Assembly: GCA_963663995.1 (NCBI GenBank)
Contig: OY760660.1
Location: 1,620,001-1,652,000, forward strand
From: Erysipelotrichaceae bacterium
Lineage (GTDB): Bacteria > Bacillota_I > Bacilli_A > Erysipelotrichales > Erysipelotrichaceae
Reading direction: 5' to 3'
Length of the DNA stretch: 32,000 nt
Shown here: positions 28,834 through 32,000 of the stretch, in pieces
Layout of the letters: every line of letters begins with the position of its first letter
Position numbering within the stretch: the stretch's first letter is position 1
Notes under the pieces: generated by a model
The model's database searches: none
What the model was told of the DNA's origin: nothing
What the model saw: the letters and a program-made list of their open reading frames with translations, nothing else
Program-made: the position numbers and the translations under genes

Positions 28834-29178
28834 TTATTCTACAATGTCTTCTGGAGCAAAATCAGGCAAACCGTATGTTTTAGAACCGTAGGTACATGTG
28901 AACACAGTAATCGCACCATCAGCAACAGTTACATCACATTCAGAATCATCTCCATAAGTATAATCATCATCTGTAATGGCTGGGTCAGCTGTTACGTACT
29001 CCATGGCATATTGGCTATACAAAGCTCTTGAGTTAGCTGAATCTTTTGCTTCAGTTGCTCTTGAAATATAATTTGTAATACTTGGAATCAAGATAGCTGC
29101 TAAGATAGCTAAGATAGCGATAACAACGATTAATTCAATAAGCGTAAACCCTTTTTTGTTTTTTAATAATTTTTTCAT
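28834..29178 (-). CDS. Type IV major-type pilin (prepilin, 114 aa)
   Basis: MKKLLKNKKG/FTLIELIVVIAILAILAAILIPSITNYISRA: canonical leader, Gly-1, Phe+1 and Glu+5. Two Cys residues (SECDVTVADGAITVFTC) could form a D-region-like disulfide. A strong GGGAG RBS lies 8 nt upstream. Confidence 0.85.
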   Translation of the reverse strand: MKKLLKNKKGFTLIELIVVIAILAILAAILIPSITNYISRATEAKDSANSRALYSQYAMEYVTADPAITDDDYTYGDDSECDVTVADGAITVFTCTYGSKTYGLPDFAPEDIVE

Positions 29179-29203
29179 AAGTTTTCTCCCTATATTTAAT
29201 TAA

Positions 29204-29232
29204 ATTTTCTATCAATAAATTTGTTATGTCAA
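29204..29232 (-). promoter_or_regulatory. Candidate sigma-A-type promoter for the major pilin gene
   Basis: On the minus strand, TTGACA (29232-29227), a 17-nt spacer and GAAAAT (29209-29204), about 25 nt upstream of the ATG. The -10 matches only 4 of 6 positions. Confidence 0.3.
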
Positions 29233-29337
29233 TGAATAATCGACATTGTGTGAAAAAAGTATACTTTAGTACCATAATATAGATTTATTAGGCAATTATA
29301 TTAAATAAAATTTGCAAAATAAGTGTAAATAATACGA

Positions 29338-29651
29338 TCACTCTTTTATAAAATTGTTGGATGCTCGATAGGTTCCAATGTCCCACGTACAATAGAATGA
29401 AGCGATTCCAGTTGGTGCTTTGAAATTAGAAATTAAGACATAAGCATCATTTTTAGTCGCATCTGCTAAAGCGTATTCAGTGTAGATAACTCTTGTATTT
29501 GCCATGTCTCTTGTTTCTTTAGCTTGATCGATATATCAAGTTACACTAGGTATTAATATACTCGATAGGATTGAGAGAATTGCAATCACTACAATCAATT
29601 CTATAAGGGTAAATCCCTCTTTATTTTTTAAGGTTTTTTTAGGCTTGTCAT
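29338..29651 (-). pseudogene. Pilin paralog with a homopolymer frameshift and an in-frame TGA
   Basis: My minus-strand translation gives ...KKTLKNKEG/FTLIELIVVIAILSILSSILIPSVT*YIDQAKETRDMANTRVIYTEYALADATKNDAYVLISNFKAPTGIASFYCTWDIGTYRASNNFIKE*. The only ATG (29651, MTSLKK) is out of frame across an A7 run (plus-strand T7 at 29634-29640), and one extra A would restore the frame. The in-frame TGA is at 29538-29536, where the intact paralog has Asn. Confidence 0.7.
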
Positions 29652-29689
29652 AGAAACTATTATAGCCTAAATGCACTAGATAGTGTGAA

Positions 29690-30742
29690 TTACATTCCTA
29701 TTAATCTTTGCATTAAACCTGGATCAGATGCGTAAACATAGGCTGTATCTTTATCGATAATTTCTAACTTAACTAAATTGGCTAGACTATGTTCTAAGGT
29801 TGTCATGCCCAATTTTTGTCCTGTTTGAATCACTGAATTAATCTGAACGATTTTGTTTTCACGGATCATGTTTCCAACCGCATCTGTATTAAGTAGTATT
29901 TCATGTGCAGCCACTCGTCCACTTTTATCAGTTTTAGGTAGTAGTGTTTGTGAGACAACGGCTTTTAAACTTGTTGAAAGTTGAGATCTTACTTGATTTT
30001 GTTGATGGGGTTCAAATGAATCAATGACTCTGTTAATTGTTGATGCAGCTGAGGTGGTGTGTAATGTGCCGAAGACTAAGTGTCCTGTTTCAGCAGCTGT
30101 TAAGGCAAGTGCGATACTTTCGTGATCGCGCATTTCACCGACTAAGATGACATCTGGATCTTCACGTAGGGCGGATCTTAATCCATCCTTAAAGCTATGT
30201 ACATCTCGTTCAATTTCACGTTGGTTAATTAAACAATTCTTTTCTTTGTGGATGTATTCGATCGGATCTTCGAGGGTTAATATATGTGCTTTTTCATTGG
30301 TGTTGATATAGTCAATCATAGCGGCTAAAGTTGTTGATTTGCCTGAACCTGTTGGACCTGTAACTATGATGATGCCTTTGTTTGACAAGGATAATGACTT
30401 TAGGACTTCAGGAAGTTTAAGTTCTTCAATGGATGGAATATGATTGTTTAAGAGTCTTATCGCAATTGCGGGAACTTGTTTTTGTCTATAAATGTTTAAA
30501 CGATAACGATTTCCATCTTTATCACTATAGGCAGTATCAATATCATATCCATTTTGGAAGTGTTCAAACTGATCATCCGATGTCATTAATTTTATGAAAT
30601 TCAGTAAATCACTTTGACTTAATACGTTTTCATCCATGATGGTTAAATCACCAACTTGTCGAGTATAGACAGGCTTATTGGCGATTAAATGGATGTCAGA
30701 AGCTTTATTTTTCTGGGCGTAAGCTAAGATTTCTTCTATCAT
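29690..30742 (-). CDS. pilT: Type IV pilus retraction ATPase PilT
   Basis: 350 aa. Walker A GPTGSGKST, Asp/His boxes, and the PilT-type C-terminal block AHEILLNTDAVGNMIRENKIVQI (counterpart of the AIRNLIREGK signature). An AGGAGG RBS is present. Confidence 0.9.
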   Translation of the reverse strand: MIEEILAYAQKNKASDIHLIANKPVYTRQVGDLTIMDENVLSQSDLLNFIKLMTSDDQFEHFQNGYDIDTAYSDKDGNRYRLNIYRQKQVPAIAIRLLNNHIPSIEELKLPEVLKSLSLSNKGIIIVTGPTGSGKSTTLAAMIDYINTNEKAHILTLEDPIEYIHKEKNCLINQREIERDVHSFKDGLRSALREDPDVILVGEMRDHESIALALTAAETGHLVFGTLHTTSAASTINRVIDSFEPHQQNQVRSQLSTSLKAVVSQTLLPKTDKSGRVAAHEILLNTDAVGNMIRENKIVQINSVIQTGQKLGMTTLEHSLANLVKLEIIDKDTAYVYASDPGLMQRLIGM

Positions 30743-30753
30743 TTAAGTCCTCC

Positions 30754-32000
30754 TTAATCAACGGTGTAGAGTAGACGTATGGCTTCATCAATAGTTGTTT
30801 GACCTGCATTGACTAAATCCAATACTTCTTCTCTTAACATTCTCATTTTCTTTTCTGCAGCATAATTTCGTAGTTCTTCCATAGAAGCACCTTTAGAAAC
30901 CATGTCTTGAATTTTCTTATCGACTAACATCATTTCAAAGACCGCTGTACGACCATTATAACCCGTGTTATTGCAGTCAGAACATCCGCGACCATAGGAT
31001 GTTTCCTTTAATTCAGTTGATAGTAACATATTCTCTTCATCCGTAACTTTATGAACGGTTTTACATTTAGGACATACTTTTTTAACTAAACGTTGTGAGA
31101 TGACACATTTAACAGATGATGCGACAAGGAAGGGTTCAACACCCATATCTACTAAACGAACAATCGTTGATAAAGCGTCATTGGTATGGACAGTAGACAA
31201 GACTAAGTGACCAGTGATCGCAGCACGAATTGCAATTTCAGCTGTTTCACCATCACGAATTTCCCCAAGCATAATGATATCTGGGTCTTGACGCAAGATA
31301 GATCTAAGACCTGAGGCAAAGGTTAAACCAGATCTTGGATTGACTTGTACTTGAGTAATCCCATCAAACTTACGTTCAATTGGATCTTCAACTGTGACAA
31401 TCGCTTTTTTCACATCATTAATCTTCGCTAACATGGAATACAAAGTAGTGGTTTTACCAGAACCTGTAGGACCAGTGACTAAAATAATTCCGTGAGGCAA
31501 ACGAACCGCTTTAGAGATAATCTCTTCACTTTGTGGAGATAAGCCTAATGAGGATAGTTTATAAGATATATTTCGATCGGCACCTAATAAACGCAAAACA
31601 AGCTTTTCTCCATAGGGTGTAGGGATAGATGATACACGAATATCGATTTTTAACCCATCGGCCGCAAATTGGAAAGAACCATCTTGAGGAACACGTTTTT
31701 CCGCAATATTCATTCCTGAAATGATTTTAATACGTGAACTGATATGTTGATGTACTTCCGACGTAAAGTCAGTTTGGGCTTGTAAATCACCATCAACCCT
31801 AAAGCGTACATGGGTTGTATGTTCAGCAGGTTCAATATGAATATCTGATGCATTTTGATGATAAGCATCCATGATTAAGTTATTAACCAGTTTTACCACA
31901 GGTGCAGAGTCAATACTTGCAGCTAACGCGTCATCACTCGTTATATGGTTATCGAGATTTAAATCACTTTGAATATCACCTAAGATTTCATCATTTGTAC
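30754..32000 (-). CDS. pilB: Type IV pilus assembly ATPase PilB/GspE family (5'-partial, continues beyond window)
   Basis: The frame stays open to the right window edge (...DSAPVVKLVNNLIMDAYHQNASDIHIEP), so the track's GTG at 31899 is not the start. It has Walker A GPTGSGKTT and the tetracysteine motif CPKC...CSDC typical of GspE/PilB. Confidence 0.9.
   Translation of the reverse strand, partial: TNDEILGDIQSDLNLDNHITSDDALAASIDSAPVVKLVNNLIMDAYHQNASDIHIEPAEHTTHVRFRVDGDLQAQTDFTSEVHQHISSRIKIISGMNIAEKRVPQDGSFQFAADGLKIDIRVSSIPTPYGEKLVLRLLGADRNISYKLSSLGLSPQSEEIISKAVRLPHGIILVTGPTGSGKTTTLYSMLAKINDVKKAIVTVEDPIERKFDGITQVQVNPRSGLTFASGLRSILRQDPDIIMLGEIRDGETAEIAIRAAITGHLVLSTVHTNDALSTIVRLVDMGVEPFLVASSVKCVISQRLVKKVCPKCKTVHKVTDEENMLLSTELKETSYGRGCSDCNNTGYNGRTAVFEMMLVDKKIQDMVSKGASMEELRNYAAEKKMRMLREEVLDLVNAGQTTIDEAIRLLYTVD

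Noticed and set aside
29536-29538. Possibility that the in-frame TGA in the pilin paralog is read as Trp (Mollicutes-type code 4) or selenocysteine.
   Set aside because: All conserved genes in the window are full length under the standard code, and several end on TGA at the expected C-terminus (for example leuA). Trp is encoded by TGG throughout. The intact paralog has Asn at this position, and no SECIS-like hairpin follows.

Overview
AT-rich (about one-third G+C by eye), gene-dense bacterial chromosomal window. It uses the standard genetic code and has Bacillota-style Shine-Dalgarno sites; the taxon cannot be fixed from sequence alone.

Left part (1-11.7 kb), mixed housekeeping and accessory genes:
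- a 5'-partial flavin oxidoreductase and a PHP-family phosphatase
- two tandem HutC/GntR-type regulators followed by an isochorismatase-family hydrolase
- a Cof-type HAD phosphatase
- a 3' remnant of a mannose-family PTS IID gene, followed by nagB-nagA
- a DinJ/RelB-YafQ toxin-antitoxin pair
- an Ldh2-family dehydrogenase / NfsA-like nitroreductase pair
- a GH1 6-phospho-beta-glucosidase

Middle part (11.7-22.6 kb, minus strand): one tightly coupled nine-gene operon, ilvB-ilvN-leuA-cimA-leuC-leuD-leuB-ilvC-ilvD. It carries both an isopropylmalate synthase and a citramalate-synthase-like paralog, and its leader has no recognisable T-box.

Right part (23.9-32.0 kb): a type IV pilus locus split into two convergent units.
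- Plus strand: three prepilin-type minor pilin genes, the third a 536-aa PilX-like modular pilin.
- Minus strand: pilB (runs off the window), pilT, a decayed pilin paralog and a small acidic major pilin.
- The two halves are separated by a ydeI-like gene and a decayed ISL3-family insertion sequence.

No rRNA, tRNA or CRISPR array was seen. The pilus locus, especially the giant Glu5-less minor pilin and the homopolymer-frameshifted pilin paralog, is the part most worth follow-up. All family assignments rest on motif recognition by eye and need HMM or BLAST confirmation.
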